DNA of 64,000 bases from Polyangiales bacterium (GTDB lineage Bacteria > Myxococcota_A > Polyangia > Polyangiales > Ga0077539): contig JBGARZ010000002.1 in NCBI GenBank assembly GCA_044229975.1, forward strand, positions 800,001 to 864,000. Reading direction: 5' to 3'. The notes below the pieces were generated by a model. It did not search any database and was not told the origin of the DNA. It saw only the letters and a list, made by a program, of their open reading frames with translations. Shown here in pieces: positions 12,449 to 22,450 of this stretch; the stretch's first letter is position 1; every line of letters begins with the position of its first letter. The position numbers and the translations under genes are program-made.

Positions 12449-14761
12449 ATGTCGTCGTCGCGCGAACCCGCGGTCACCCCCGCCCTGGCCCGCGAGCACG
12501 GTCTCACCGACGAGGAGTACGCCCTCGCCGTGAAGTCCATCGGCCGCACGCCGACCTTCCCCGAGCTCGGGGTGCTGTCGGTGATGTGGTCCGAGCACTG
12601 CTCGTACAAGTCGTCCCGCGTTCACCTGAAGCGCCTGCCCACCAAGGGCCCGCGCGTCATCCACGGCCCCGGGGAAAACGCCGGCGTCGTGGACATTGGC
12701 GACGGCTGGGCGGTGGTCTTCAAGATGGAGTCGCACAACCACCCGTCGTTCATCGAGCCCTACCAGGGCGCGGGCACGGGCGTCGGCGGCATCTTGCGTG
12801 ACGTCTTCACCATGGGCGCGCGCCCCGTCGCGGTGATGGACTCGCTGCGCTTCGGCGAGCCCTCGCACCCGCGCACCCCCGGCCTCGTGCGCGGCGTGGT
12901 CGCGGGCATCGCGGGCTACGGCAACGCGTTTGGCGTGCCGACGGTGGGCGGCGAGGTGCAATTCGACGCGGCCTACAACGGCAACATCCTCGTCAACGCC
13001 TTCGCGCTCGGCCTGTGCCGCAGCGATCGGATCTTCCTCGGCCAGGCCAAGGGCGTGGGCAACCCGATCTTGTACGTGGGCGCGCGCACCGGGCGCGACG
13101 GCATCCACGGCGCGACCATGGCGAGCGCAGAGTTCGAGGACGGCGTCGAGGCCGAGCGGCCGACGGTGCAGGTGGGCGACCCCTTCATGGAGAAGCTTCT
13201 CCTCGAAGGCTGCCTGGAGATCTTCGCCGCCGACGTGCTCGAAGGCGTGCAGGACATGGGCGCGGCGGGCCTCACGTCGAGCACCGTGGAGATGGCCGGG
13301 CGCGCGGGCAACGGCGTGGAGCTGTGGCTCGACCGGCTGCCGCGACGCGCGAAGAACCTCTCGGCCTACGAGATCCTCCTGAGCGAGTCGCAGGAGCGGA
13401 TGATCATGGTGGCGCGCGACGGCGAAGAGCAGCGCGTGCTCGACATCTGCGCCAAGTGGGACCTCGACGCCCAGGTGGTCGGCCGCGTCACCGACACCGG
13501 GCGCTTCGTCATCCGCGCGACCGCCGGCTACGACCCGCTCTCGGGCGACCCGTGGCCCGACGAGTCGCCCGTCGTGGTCGACCTGCCCGTCGGCCTGCTC
13601 ACCGACGAAGCGCCGGTCTACTCGCGCCCGTGCGTCGATGATCCGCGGCTCACCGACCGCTACGACGTCGACGCGACGGGCCTCCCCTTCGACGCGCGCG
13701 CCGACCTGCTGGAGTTGCTCTCGGCGCCCAACGTGGGCAGCCGCGCGTGGATCTACCGCCAGTACGATCACATCGTCCGCGACGGCACGGTGGTGCGCCC
13801 CGGCGCGGCCGACGCGGCGGTGGTTCGTCTCTTCTGCGAGGACGAGCGCGGTCGGCGCGAGAAGCTCATCGCGCTGTCGAGCGACTGCAATGGGCGCTTC
13901 TGCGAGCTCGACCCGCGCACCGGCGCGGCGATGGCGGTGGCCGAGGCGTGCCGCAACCTCGCGTGCGTGGGCGCCGCCCCCATCGGCCTCACCGACTGCC
14001 TCAACTTCGGCAACCCCCAGCGCCCGGAGATCATGGCGCAGTTTCGCGACGCCATCGACGGACTCGCCGACGCCTGCAAGGCGCTCGACGTGCCCATCGT
14101 CTCCGGCAACGTGAGCCTCTACAACGAGACAACCGAGGCGGGCGGTCCGCGCGCGGTGCTGCCGACGCCGACCATCGGCGCGGTGGGTCTCTTCGAGAAG
14201 GTGAGCGACGTCGTGGGCGCGGGCTTCCGCACGGCGGGCGACCACGTCTTCGTGTTGGGTCCGCGCGGCGACGATCGCCTCGGCGGCAGCGAGTGGCTCA
14301 CCCGTCGCACCGGCAAGGTGTGCGGTCGGCCACCGTCCATCGACCTCGCGGCCGAAGCAGCGCTGCAACGCTTCCTCGTGAGCGCGGCGCGCGAGGGCCT
14401 TCTGGCATCCGCGCACGACTGTGCCGAGGGCGGGCTGCTCGTGGCCTACGCCGAGGCGTGCCTGCTCGGGCGCGCGGGCGCGACGCTGCTGCTGCCTCCG
14501 GGTGTGGCCGCGACGCCGGGCGGGCTCTTCGGCGAAGACCCCACGCGCGTCGTGGTGTCGGTGACGCCGTACGTGCTGGAGCTGTTCGCGCGGAGGGTCG
14601 CCGAGGCGGGCGTTCCGTGCGCGGCCGTGGGTCGCGTCGGAGGCGAGTCGCTCACCGTGGAAGGCGTCGCCATCTGGGGGCTCGGCGAGCTCTCGGAGGC
14701 CCACGCGTCGGCGCTCGACGGCATCGTCGGGCGAGACGACGATGCGCGACCGCGATCCTGA
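12449..14761 (+). CDS. purL: FGAM synthase subunit PurL (small type)
   Basis: [51 protein letters not shown] and SGNVSLYNE motifs. Start re-picked at ATG 12449, after purQ. Confidence 0.97.
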   Translation: MSSSREPAVTPALAREHGLTDEEYALAVKSIGRTPTFPELGVLSVMWSEHCSYKSSRVHLKRLPTKGPRVIHGPGENAGVVDIGDGWAVVFKMESHNHPSFIEPYQGAGTGVGGILRDVFTMGARPVAVMDSLRFGEPSHPRTPGLVRGVVAGIAGYGNAFGVPTVGGEVQFDAAYNGNILVNAFALGLCRSDRIFLGQAKGVGNPILYVGARTGRDGIHGATMASAEFEDGVEAERPTVQVGDPFMEKLLLEGCLEIFAADVLEGVQDMGAAGLTSSTVEMAGRAGNGVELWLDRLPRRAKNLSAYEILLSESQERMIMVARDGEEQRVLDICAKWDLDAQVVGRVTDTGRFVIRATAGYDPLSGDPWPDESPVVVDLPVGLLTDEAPVYSRPCVDDPRLTDRYDVDATGLPFDARADLLELLSAPNVGSRAWIYRQYDHIVRDGTVVRPGAADAAVVRLFCEDERGRREKLIALSSDCNGRFCELDPRTGAAMAVAEACRNLACVGAAPIGLTDCLNFGNPQRPEIMAQFRDAIDGLADACKALDVPIVSGNVSLYNETTEAGGPRAVLPTPTIGAVGLFEKVSDVVGAGFRTAGDHVFVLGPRGDDRLGGSEWLTRRTGKVCGRPPSIDLAAEAALQRFLVSAAREGLLASAHDCAEGGLLVAYAEACLLGRAGATLLLPPGVAATPGGLFGEDPTRVVVSVTPYVLELFARRVAEAGVPCAAVGRVGGESLTVEGVAIWGLGELSEAHASALDGIVGRDDDARPRS

Positions 14762-15155
14762 GCACTGGCTCTATCGCCACACGCCGCGCGAGTGGATTCG
14801 CGCGGCGCTGGGCGAGCTCGATCAGGCGAAGCGGGCCTACGCCGCCCACAACGGGCGCGCGGGGCTCGCAGGCTGCCGACGCGCGGCGGGCGTCGCACTC
14901 AACGGCTGGCTCTCGACGATGGACACACCCGCCGAAGCCTACGGGCGAACGTACATGGACCACCTCGCGGCGCTGAGCGTCGACGCGACGGTTCCGGAAG
15001 AGGTGCGGACGGCGGCGCGGCTGCTGCGACAGACGCCGCTACCGGGCGGGGAGATCGTCGCGCTACGGACGGCCACAACGGACGCTCGGGCACTGGATGC
15101 GGCCGAGACCATCATGGCGCACGCCTACGCCGAGGTGCTACGCGCCGAGCCCTGA
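14742..15155 (+). CDS. Hypothetical all-helical protein, possibly HEPN-like
   Basis: 137-aa ORF overlapping the purL stop, with coding-like composition. The fold suggestion is by eye only. Confidence 0.65.
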   Translation: MRDRDPEHWLYRHTPREWIRAALGELDQAKRAYAAHNGRAGLAGCRRAAGVALNGWLSTMDTPAEAYGRTYMDHLAALSVDATVPEEVRTAARLLRQTPLPGGEIVALRTATTDARALDAAETIMAHAYAEVLRAEP

Positions 15156-15339
15156 CGCGTTGGAGAGCATTCGCTCACGTCAGCCCAACGCCCCCTCACC
15201 GTCGCGAAGCGACAAGGCAACGCGCGGTGGAAAATGGCCGCAAGGGTCGCAGGGGTCAGAGGACCGAGATGAGACGAAGGTCTTTCGCTCGACCGTGTCT
15301 TCCCTTGCGACTTCACCCAGACCTCGTCCCCGTGGCGAG

Positions 15340-16545
15340 TTACCAACCCGCGACAAGCGACGCCATGCGATCGCGCTCGGCGTCGGGAATCTCTGGATAT
15401 ACAGGCAGAAACACCACCTCGGCGCGCCACGACTCGCACTGCGCGGCCCGCAGCGAAGGGCGCTCGACCGCGGTCTCGACGGCCGCGATGGTGCTCGTCC
15501 CGCGCGCCGCATCGAAGCCCGCCGCGCGGAGCGTACGCACCAGCGCATCGGGCGCGGCCACGCGAACCGCGAAGAGCCAATGGGTGCGATCGGGCATCGC
15601 CGACCCGAGCACCGGCACCCTGCCCCCAAGTGCAGCGATCATGTGCTCGCCCGCCGCACGTCGGCGCGCAATGCGCTCGGTTCGCTCGACCATGAGCTGC
15701 GCGTGCAGAGTCGCGCAGAGGGCATCGCACGGCCGCGCACGAATCGCATGGAGCAGTGCCTCGGGCGTCTCCGCCGGGAAGCCCTTGGTCACGCCCGTCA
15801 CCACCGCGTCGACGTCTCTCCCGGCAACGGCAAGCGTCCGCTCGAAGCCCCGATAGCGCCACGGGTCGCGCGGAACCACCAGCGCCAGGTATGTCGCCAG
15901 CTTGCGCGCGTAGCGCCTCGTCGACTGCGCGGGCCACGCGGCGATCACCTCCCGCATCCGTGACCGCAGCACAGTGTCTCGCACCCGCACGAGGCCGCCT
16001 CCGAGAGCCGTCGCCGTCTTGATCGACCCGAAGCTGTGCAGCACCACGTCGGCGCACGCGCTGCCCTCCAGGCGATGGGCGCCGGTGTAGCCCTGGGCGT
16101 CGTCGTCGACCACGACCATGCCCGCGCGGTGAGCGCGTTCGGCGAAGGCATCGAGCGGGGCTCGCGCGCCGAAGAGCTGCGCCATGACCAGCACCCGCGA
16201 ACGCGTCGTGATGGCTGCGTCGAGGGTCTCCAGCGACGGCGCCAGCGTCCCCGGCTCACAGTCGAGCGGAACCGGCACCAGCCCGTGCCCACGCACCACG
16301 CGAGCCATGTCGGGGATGGTCCAACCGGAGAGCAGCACCTCGTCGCCGGGCGCGAGCGCGAGCGCGGTGAGCAGCGCATCGAAGCCCGAGCGCGCGGAGA
16401 GCGTCGCGATGACTTCTCCCGCTGGAGACACGTGGTCTTCGAGCGAGCGCACTGCGTTGCGAGGTGGTCGCGCGGTGTAGCCGAGCGCGCGGACGAGGGC
16501 GGCGGGCTCGATGTCGATGCGGGCCCGCGGGTAGAGGGGGTTCAT
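15340..16545 (-). CDS. DegT/DnrJ/EryC1/StrS family PLP-dependent aminotransferase
   Basis: SARSGFDALL, PGDEVLL, VVVDDDAQG and SFGSIKTATALGGG (PLP Lys). The ATG overlaps the upstream stop (ATGA). Confidence 0.88.
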   Translation of the reverse strand: MNPLYPRARIDIEPAALVRALGYTARPPRNAVRSLEDHVSPAGEVIATLSARSGFDALLTALALAPGDEVLLSGWTIPDMARVVRGHGLVPVPLDCEPGTLAPSLETLDAAITTRSRVLVMAQLFGARAPLDAFAERAHRAGMVVVDDDAQGYTGAHRLEGSACADVVLHSFGSIKTATALGGGLVRVRDTVLRSRMREVIAAWPAQSTRRYARKLATYLALVVPRDPWRYRGFERTLAVAGRDVDAVVTGVTKGFPAETPEALLHAIRARPCDALCATLHAQLMVERTERIARRRAAGEHMIAALGGRVPVLGSAMPDRTHWLFAVRVAAPDALVRTLRAAGFDAARGTSTIAAVETAVERPSLRAAQCESWRAEVVFLPVYPEIPDAERDRMASLVAGW

Positions 16546-17336
16546 CGCCATCGATCGACTCCCCAGGCGACCACGACGCCGAGCGCGACGCCCGCGACGA
16601 CGTCCACCGCATAGTGCTGACGGAGGAGCATCGTCGAGATCGCGATGAGCACCGCGGTCGCCGCGCTCCAACCGGCGAGCAGGCGGCCGTCGTGGCGAAG
16701 ACGCCAGGCGGCGTGGAAGGCCATCGCGCAGTGGGTCGACGGGAGGCAGTTCACGATGGGGTCGCTCCCGCGGATGGAGTTGAGCGACCACGCGCCGAAG
16801 CTCCCTCCAGTGGCCGCCAGCGAGCGCGGAAACGACACCGGCACCGACAGCCACGCGACCACGCTGACGAGCACGATGAGCACGTGGCCGATGGTCACGC
16901 GGCGCAGCGCATCGTCACTGGTCGCTCGCACAAACGGGAGCGCGCTCAGCGGGTGCACGCCCAGGTAGAGCGGCGCCACCGCCGGGACGAAGGGCAGGCG
17001 CGCCGCGAGGCCCTCGGCGAGGACGTGCGCTCGCGACGGGTCGGTGCACGCCGCGACCGCGTAGTAGCTGCCCGCCCAGAGCAGCCACGCGAGCGGCGCG
17101 ACGATGGCGCCCCGCGCGTAGCCCGACCCTTGGACTGCCGCACGAAAGGCCCACGCACCGACCCATGCCGGGACGACGCCCAGCGCGAGCACCAACGTCA
17201 CCGCGGGCGACGGCCAACGGACACCGAGCAGCTCGCCGAGCGCGACCACCTGTCCACCCGCGACGAGCGCGACGAAGACGGCCGTGGCGGCGGAGCGGGC
17301 GCGGTCAGAGGAAGCGGCGGGTCCCGACGGTTCCAT
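16542..17336 (-). CDS. PAP2 superfamily membrane phosphatase/phosphotransferase (PAP2_3 / IPC-synthase-like)
   Basis: Multiple TM helices, NCLPSTH (PSxH) and QHYAVDVVAG (HxxxD). Start is uncertain. Confidence 0.8.
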   Translation of the reverse strand: MEPSGPAASSDRARSAATAVFVALVAGGQVVALGELLGVRWPSPAVTLVLALGVVPAWVGAWAFRAAVQGSGYARGAIVAPLAWLLWAGSYYAVAACTDPSRAHVLAEGLAARLPFVPAVAPLYLGVHPLSALPFVRATSDDALRRVTIGHVLIVLVSVVAWLSVPVSFPRSLAATGGSFGAWSLNSIRGSDPIVNCLPSTHCAMAFHAAWRLRHDGRLLAGWSAATAVLIAISTMLLRQHYAVDVVAGVALGVVVAWGVDRWR

Positions 17337-18267
17337 CGTGGGCGTGGTCGGCGCGGTGTTGGTAGGCGGGCGCGAGGAGGCTGTCGAGGCGCTCCATGAG
17401 GTCGTCGGTGGCGCGCTGGAGGGCGGGGCGATGGGCCTCCTCGTCGTCGGGATCGAAGGCGCGGAATCCAGCCGGAAGCGCCGAGAAGTCGGGTCGATAC
17501 GCTTCACCGAAGCGCACGTCGATGATGCCGCGGCGCGGGACGATGGACTGTCCGTGAAAGGCCTCGCGGCAACCGCTCATCCCCGCGGGCACGACCGGGA
17601 CGCCGAGCGCGTGGGCGAAGAGCATGGTGCCGATGCGACCCCGGCCGAGACGGCTGGCGACGGTTCCTTCGGGGTAGATCTGCACCGACCACCCGGCCGC
17701 GACGGACTCGCGCGCGAAGCGAAGCGCCTCCCCGAGCACCGCGCGATAGGCGTCGCGCCAGCAGTCGCGGAGGGTCGTTCGCGACGGGTCGAAGGGCAGC
17801 CCGAGCACGCTCCGCCGCCGCGACTGGAGCGCGTCGAAGAACGCCGTCGCCGGCAGCGCGTCGCCCCGGTCGAGGTGATCGCGGCACGCGCGGTACTCCT
17901 CCTCGGTGGGTCGCCGACCGGCGGTGCGCGCGGCGTCGACGAGGATCACGTACCCCCGCGACGCGAGCGGAATCACCCCGGTGCGCGCGAGCACGGGCTC
18001 CATGGCGCGCGAGTGATAGCTCTTGGCCTTGGTGACCGTGACCACGCGCTGCCCGATGCGCTCCATCGCCGACCTGAACGTCATGAAGTCGTACTTCTGC
18101 GTCGAGTTGGTCGCGTAGATGACGGGGCTCGCGGGCTGCGCAAACCCGTGGAGCACGACGCGCGCCCCACCGAGCGCCTCGGCCACCTGAAACGCCCCGG
18201 TGACGGCGGCCTCCCAGTGAGCTCGGGGCAGCACCCGATAGCGGGCGAAGTAGTCGAGGTCGAGCAT
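17305..18267 (-). CDS. Lysophospholipid acyltransferase (PlsC-like) family protein with His-to-Ser change in motif I
   Basis: PVIYATNSTQKYD (NHx4D position), IYPEGT, VPVVPAG and VRFGEAY motifs. Start re-picked at MLDLDYF. Confidence 0.8.
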   Translation of the reverse strand: MLDLDYFARYRVLPRAHWEAAVTGAFQVAEALGGARVVLHGFAQPASPVIYATNSTQKYDFMTFRSAMERIGQRVVTVTKAKSYHSRAMEPVLARTGVIPLASRGYVILVDAARTAGRRPTEEEYRACRDHLDRGDALPATAFFDALQSRRRSVLGLPFDPSRTTLRDCWRDAYRAVLGEALRFARESVAAGWSVQIYPEGTVASRLGRGRIGTMLFAHALGVPVVPAGMSGCREAFHGQSIVPRRGIIDVRFGEAYRPDFSALPAGFRAFDPDDEEAHRPALQRATDDLMERLDSLLAPAYQHRADHAHDGTVGTRRFL

Positions 18268-18366
18268 CGGCGGGGCGCGACTATCGCCCCGCGGAAGGGG
18301 GCCGCACAACGGGGCGTGGAGGGTGCGGCGCTCGCGGGCGTGTGGTAGGTGGCGGCGACAAGAGCG

Positions 18367-19104
18367 ATGGCCGACGCAGAGCAAGAGATCGACACCGACG
18401 CCGGGCGCATCCGCGCCAACCCCCTGCTCCATGAAATCTATCGGGACGTCTACGCGCGCATCCTCGACGCGGTGCCGCCGGAGCAGTTTCCGCGGCTGCT
18501 GGAGCTCGGCTCGGGCGGCGGCTTCTTCAGCGAGTTTGCGCCGCACACCATCACCAGCGAGTGCGTCCCGGTGCCGCGCGTCGATCGTGTGGTCGATGCG
18601 TGCAAGATCGACGAGCACTTCGAGCCTGCCTCGCTCGACGCCATCACGGCCTTCAACGTCTTCCACCACCTGCCCGACTGCGAGGGCTTCCTGCGCGGCG
18701 CGCAGACCGTCCTCCGCCCGGGCGGCCGCATCGTGCTCATCGAGCCGTGGTTCACGCCGCTGGGGCAGTGGTTCTACCGGGCGATCCACCACGAGCCCTC
18801 GCTCCTCGACCCCAACGACTGGAACATCTCCGGCGTCGGTCGCCTCGCGGGCGCCAACTCCCGCCTGCCCACCAGCGTCTTCCGCGACGGCGACGCCCGC
18901 TTCGCCCGCAGCTTCCCCGCCTTGCGCGTCGTGAGCCGCGAGCCCTTCCACAAGTGGCTCTACCTCTTCTCCGGGGGCCTCAAGCTCAACACCCGCATCC
19001 CCCGCCCCATCGCCCGCGCGCTGGTCGCGGCCGACCGCGCGGTGCACCCCGGAGACAACGCCGCGGGCCTGTTCGCGCGCATCGTCGTCGAGCGCCTTCC
19101 GTAG
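18367..19104 (+). CDS. Class I SAM-dependent methyltransferase
   Basis: LLELGSGGG, NVFHHL and LRPGGRIVLIEP motifs. Confidence 0.9.
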   Translation: MADAEQEIDTDAGRIRANPLLHEIYRDVYARILDAVPPEQFPRLLELGSGGGFFSEFAPHTITSECVPVPRVDRVVDACKIDEHFEPASLDAITAFNVFHHLPDCEGFLRGAQTVLRPGGRIVLIEPWFTPLGQWFYRAIHHEPSLLDPNDWNISGVGRLAGANSRLPTSVFRDGDARFARSFPALRVVSREPFHKWLYLFSGGLKLNTRIPRPIARALVAADRAVHPGDNAAGLFARIVVERLP

Positions 19105-19136
19105 TCCTTCCTTCCCACGAGAGAGCCGACACCACC

Positions 19137-19796
19137 ATGGCCGCTGAGATCACCCTCGACCTCGTCAAGCGCTTCCCCAGCAACGGTCCCACCGACCCCA
19201 TCCGGTACTACCGCAAGCCCCTCACCGGCTGGCTCTTCCGCGAGCGCATCAACCTCGGCCTCCGCATGCTGCGCGACCTGAAGTTCGATCGCGCCCTGGA
19301 GATCGGCTACGGGTCCGGCGCGGTGCAGGTCTCGCTGCACAGCGTCGCCAGGGAGGTGCACGGCATCGACCTCGACGCCGACCCGACGCTCGCCACACGG
19401 GTGCTCGACGCGCTCTCGCTGAAGTCCGAGCTGCGCCAGGGCTCGGTGTACGAGCTCCCCTACGAGGACGCGCACTTCGACCTCGTGGCGTCGTTCTCGA
19501 CCTTCGAGCACCTGCACGAGTTCGACAAGGCGCTCTCCGAGGTGGCCCGCGTGCTGCGGCCCGGCGGGCGTTTCCTCCTCGGCATGCCCGCGGTCAACAA
19601 GATGATGGAGATGTCCTTCCTGGCCATCGGGTTCAAGGGCATCGACGACCACCACGTCACGACCCCGCAGCAGGTGGCCGCGCGCTTCCACGCCCACGGC
19701 TTCATCGTCGACGACCAGGCCCGCCTCACGCTCCCCATCCCCACGGTGCCGGGCGCCACGGTCTACTACGACTGGCTCCTGCGCCGTACGCCCTGA
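19137..19796 (+). CDS. Class I SAM-dependent methyltransferase (type 11)
   Basis: ALEIGYGSG, LPYEDAHFDLV, TFEHL and EVARVLRPGG motifs. Start re-picked at MAAEITLD. Confidence 0.9.
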   Translation: MAAEITLDLVKRFPSNGPTDPIRYYRKPLTGWLFRERINLGLRMLRDLKFDRALEIGYGSGAVQVSLHSVAREVHGIDLDADPTLATRVLDALSLKSELRQGSVYELPYEDAHFDLVASFSTFEHLHEFDKALSEVARVLRPGGRFLLGMPAVNKMMEMSFLAIGFKGIDDHHVTTPQQVAARFHAHGFIVDDQARLTLPIPTVPGATVYYDWLLRRTP

Positions 19797-19858
19797 CCCC
19801 GCCGCTCCTCCCTCCGACCCGTCGCGGGGAACGACCCGTGCAGTGACGAAGCCCCACG

Positions 19859-22450
19859 ATGGTTGACCCTCCCCCCGCGCAGCTCTCCCTCATCGACCGC
19901 GTCCTCGTGTTCTTCGCGCGCCTCGGCGCCCGTCGCCCGCTGCGCGTGCTCCTCGCCACCTTCCTGGTGATCGCGCTCTCGGCCCTCGCCGCCGCGCACC
20001 TGGAGTTTCGCCAGGACTTCATCGAGCTGCTGCCCTCCGAGAGCGTCGGCGCGAGGCTCCTGCGCCGCGCGATGGCCCGCATGGGCGGCGGCAGCGCCAC
20101 CATGTTCGTGGTCGTCTCGTCGCCCGACGCCGACGCCAACCGTCGCATCGTCGACGCGCTCGAACCGCAGCTCCGCGCGCTCCCGTCCAACCTCGTGCGA
20201 ACCGTCGAGCACGGCCCCGAAGAGATCCGCCGCTTCTTCTGGCAGCGCCGCTGGCTCTACGCCGAGGTGGGCGACCTCGAAGAGATCTCGTGCGAGCTCC
20301 AACGCGCGCGCCGTCGGGCGCAGCCGGGCTTCGTCGACCTCGACGACGAGTCGTGCGCCGAGCTCCGCAGCGACCACGGCCACGAGCGCCCCGCGCCCAC
20401 CACCACGGCCAACGACCCACCACCCGAGCCCGAACCCGCCAACGCCTCGGCCGCCGCGCGCCCCTTCTACCGCTTCCGCACGCAGCTCCACGCCCGCTCG
20501 CGCGAGGTCGACCAATACCCCACCGGGTATTTCCGCAACCCCGAGGGCACCCTCTACGCCATCGTGCTGCGCTCGCCCGCCACGGGCACCGGCGACAGCA
20601 CCGGCGACCAGCTCATGACCCGCGTGACGGCGCTCGTGCGCGACGTGCACCCCGAGCGCTTCCACCCGCGCGCCGAGGTGGGCCTCGGCGGCGACATCCC
20701 CAGCGCCATCGCCGAACGTGACGCATTGAAGGAAGAGGCCATCAAGACCTCCGGGCTCGCGGTGGTGCTCATCCTCGGGTCCATCGTGGTGTTCTTCCGG
20801 TCGTTTTCGTCGCTCGCCCACATCGGGCTCGCGATGATCACGGGCGTCGGGCTCGCGTTCGCCGTCGCCTTCTTCGCCTTCGGCTACCTCAACGCGTCGA
20901 CGGCCTTCCTCGGCTCCATCATCGCCGGCAACGGCATCAACTACGGAATCATCTACCTCGCCCGCTACCGCGACCGCCGCGCGCTCGGCGACTCCATCGA
21001 GGAGGCCCTCGTCGACGCCGCCGTCACCTGCCGCCGCGGCACCCAGCTCGCGGCCCTCGCGGCCTCGTTCGCGTACGGCTCGCTGATGCTGACGTCGTTT
21101 CGCGGGTTCTCGCAGTTCGGCCTCATCGGCGGCGTCGGCATGATCTTCTGCTGGTGCGCCACGATGATCGTGGTGCCCGCCACGGTCACCGCCGTCGAGG
21201 GCCTCAAGGCGAAGCTCTTCCCCAACCGCGCCGCCCGCGTGTCGCGCGGCCCCACCCGCACACCCATCAGCGGCGCCATCGCGTGGGCCACCGGGCGCTT
21301 CCCGGTGCAGATCCTCGTGCTCGGCCTCGGGCTCGCGATCTTCTCGGCCGTCGCGCTGCCGAAGTACCTGCGCGACCCCTGGGAGTACAACTTCGCCAAC
21401 CTCGGATCGCGCGGCTCGCGCCACACCGGCGCCGACGCCTGGAGCAGCCGCGCCGGGCGCATCTTCGTCGGCCGCAGCAGCTCGCCCGACATCCTCCTGG
21501 CCGACCGCTTCGAGGACGTCATCGAGCTCTCCGACGCGCTCCTGCGCCGCGACCAGCAGCGCACCGGCGGCCGCTACATCGACCACATCGAGACCGCGTG
21601 GGACCGCCTCGGCGGACAGCCCGCCGCCGTCGCCCGCAAGCTCGAGATCCTGCGCGACATCCGCGCCGACATCGACGCGGTGCTGCCCGAGTTGAGCGGC
21701 GAAGACCTCGCGCTCGCCCGCGAGTGGCGCCCGCCCGAGGACCTCCACGCACCGCAGCCCGACGAGCTCCCGGCGCTGGTGCGCGCGCAGTACACCGAGC
21801 GTTCGGGGCGATTCGGAACGCCCGTGTTCGTCTACTACAAGCCGTGGTTCACGCCGAGCGACGGGCGCAAGCTCATCATCGTCGCCGACCTCACGCAAAA
21901 CGTCCGCCTCGCCGACGGTCGCACCGTGCCCACCGTGAGCCGCTCGACGGTCTTCGCCGAGATGGTTCGCGCCATGAGCACCGACGGCCCGCGCGCGACC
22001 TTCGCGGCCTTCCTCGTGGTGGTGTTCCATTCGCTGCTGGCGACGCGGCGCATCGGGCCGGCGGCCATGGTGCTGGGCGCCCTGCTGTCGGGCGTGCTCT
22101 ACACCGTCGGCGGCGCGGCCCACCTCGGGGTGCGCCTCAACTTCCTCAACTTCGTCGCGCTGCCCCTCACCTTTGGCATCGGCGTCGAGTACGCGATGAA
22201 CCTCTACGACCGCGTCGAGCACTACGGCGGCGATGTGGCCGAAGGCATCAAGTCCGTCGGAGGCGCTGTGACCCTCTGCTCGATGACCACCATCATCGGG
22301 TACGGCTCGCTGCTCGCGGCCGACAACCAGGCGCTGCAATCGTTCGGCTACCTCGCCGTCGCGGGCGAGCTGTCGTGCATCTGCACCGCGATGGTGCTGC
22401 TGCCCGCCGCCATGGTGCTCGCGCGCCGCCGCCGGGAGCGCAAGGCATGA
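19859..22450 (+). CDS. MMPL/RND superfamily lipid exporter
   Basis: Two repeats of TM + large loop + 5 TM. GNGINYGI and FGIGVEYA RND-type motifs, FRGFSQFG. Confidence 0.9.
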   Translation: MVDPPPAQLSLIDRVLVFFARLGARRPLRVLLATFLVIALSALAAAHLEFRQDFIELLPSESVGARLLRRAMARMGGGSATMFVVVSSPDADANRRIVDALEPQLRALPSNLVRTVEHGPEEIRRFFWQRRWLYAEVGDLEEISCELQRARRRAQPGFVDLDDESCAELRSDHGHERPAPTTTANDPPPEPEPANASAAARPFYRFRTQLHARSREVDQYPTGYFRNPEGTLYAIVLRSPATGTGDSTGDQLMTRVTALVRDVHPERFHPRAEVGLGGDIPSAIAERDALKEEAIKTSGLAVVLILGSIVVFFRSFSSLAHIGLAMITGVGLAFAVAFFAFGYLNASTAFLGSIIAGNGINYGIIYLARYRDRRALGDSIEEALVDAAVTCRRGTQLAALAASFAYGSLMLTSFRGFSQFGLIGGVGMIFCWCATMIVVPATVTAVEGLKAKLFPNRAARVSRGPTRTPISGAIAWATGRFPVQILVLGLGLAIFSAVALPKYLRDPWEYNFANLGSRGSRHTGADAWSSRAGRIFVGRSSSPDILLADRFEDVIELSDALLRRDQQRTGGRYIDHIETAWDRLGGQPAAVARKLEILRDIRADIDAVLPELSGEDLALAREWRPPEDLHAPQPDELPALVRAQYTERSGRFGTPVFVYYKPWFTPSDGRKLIIVADLTQNVRLADGRTVPTVSRSTVFAEMVRAMSTDGPRATFAAFLVVVFHSLLATRRIGPAAMVLGALLSGVLYTVGGAAHLGVRLNFLNFVALPLTFGIGVEYAMNLYDRVEHYGGDVAEGIKSVGGAVTLCSMTTIIGYGSLLAADNQALQSFGYLAVAGELSCICTAMVLLPAAMVLARRRRERKA

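Noticed and set aside
15247..15311. 10-bp stem GTCGCAGGGG / CCCTTGCGAC in the convergent intergenic gap, a possible sRNA
   Set aside because: It is short, includes a G-U pair and has no recognisable RNA family features. Chance is plausible at this GC content.
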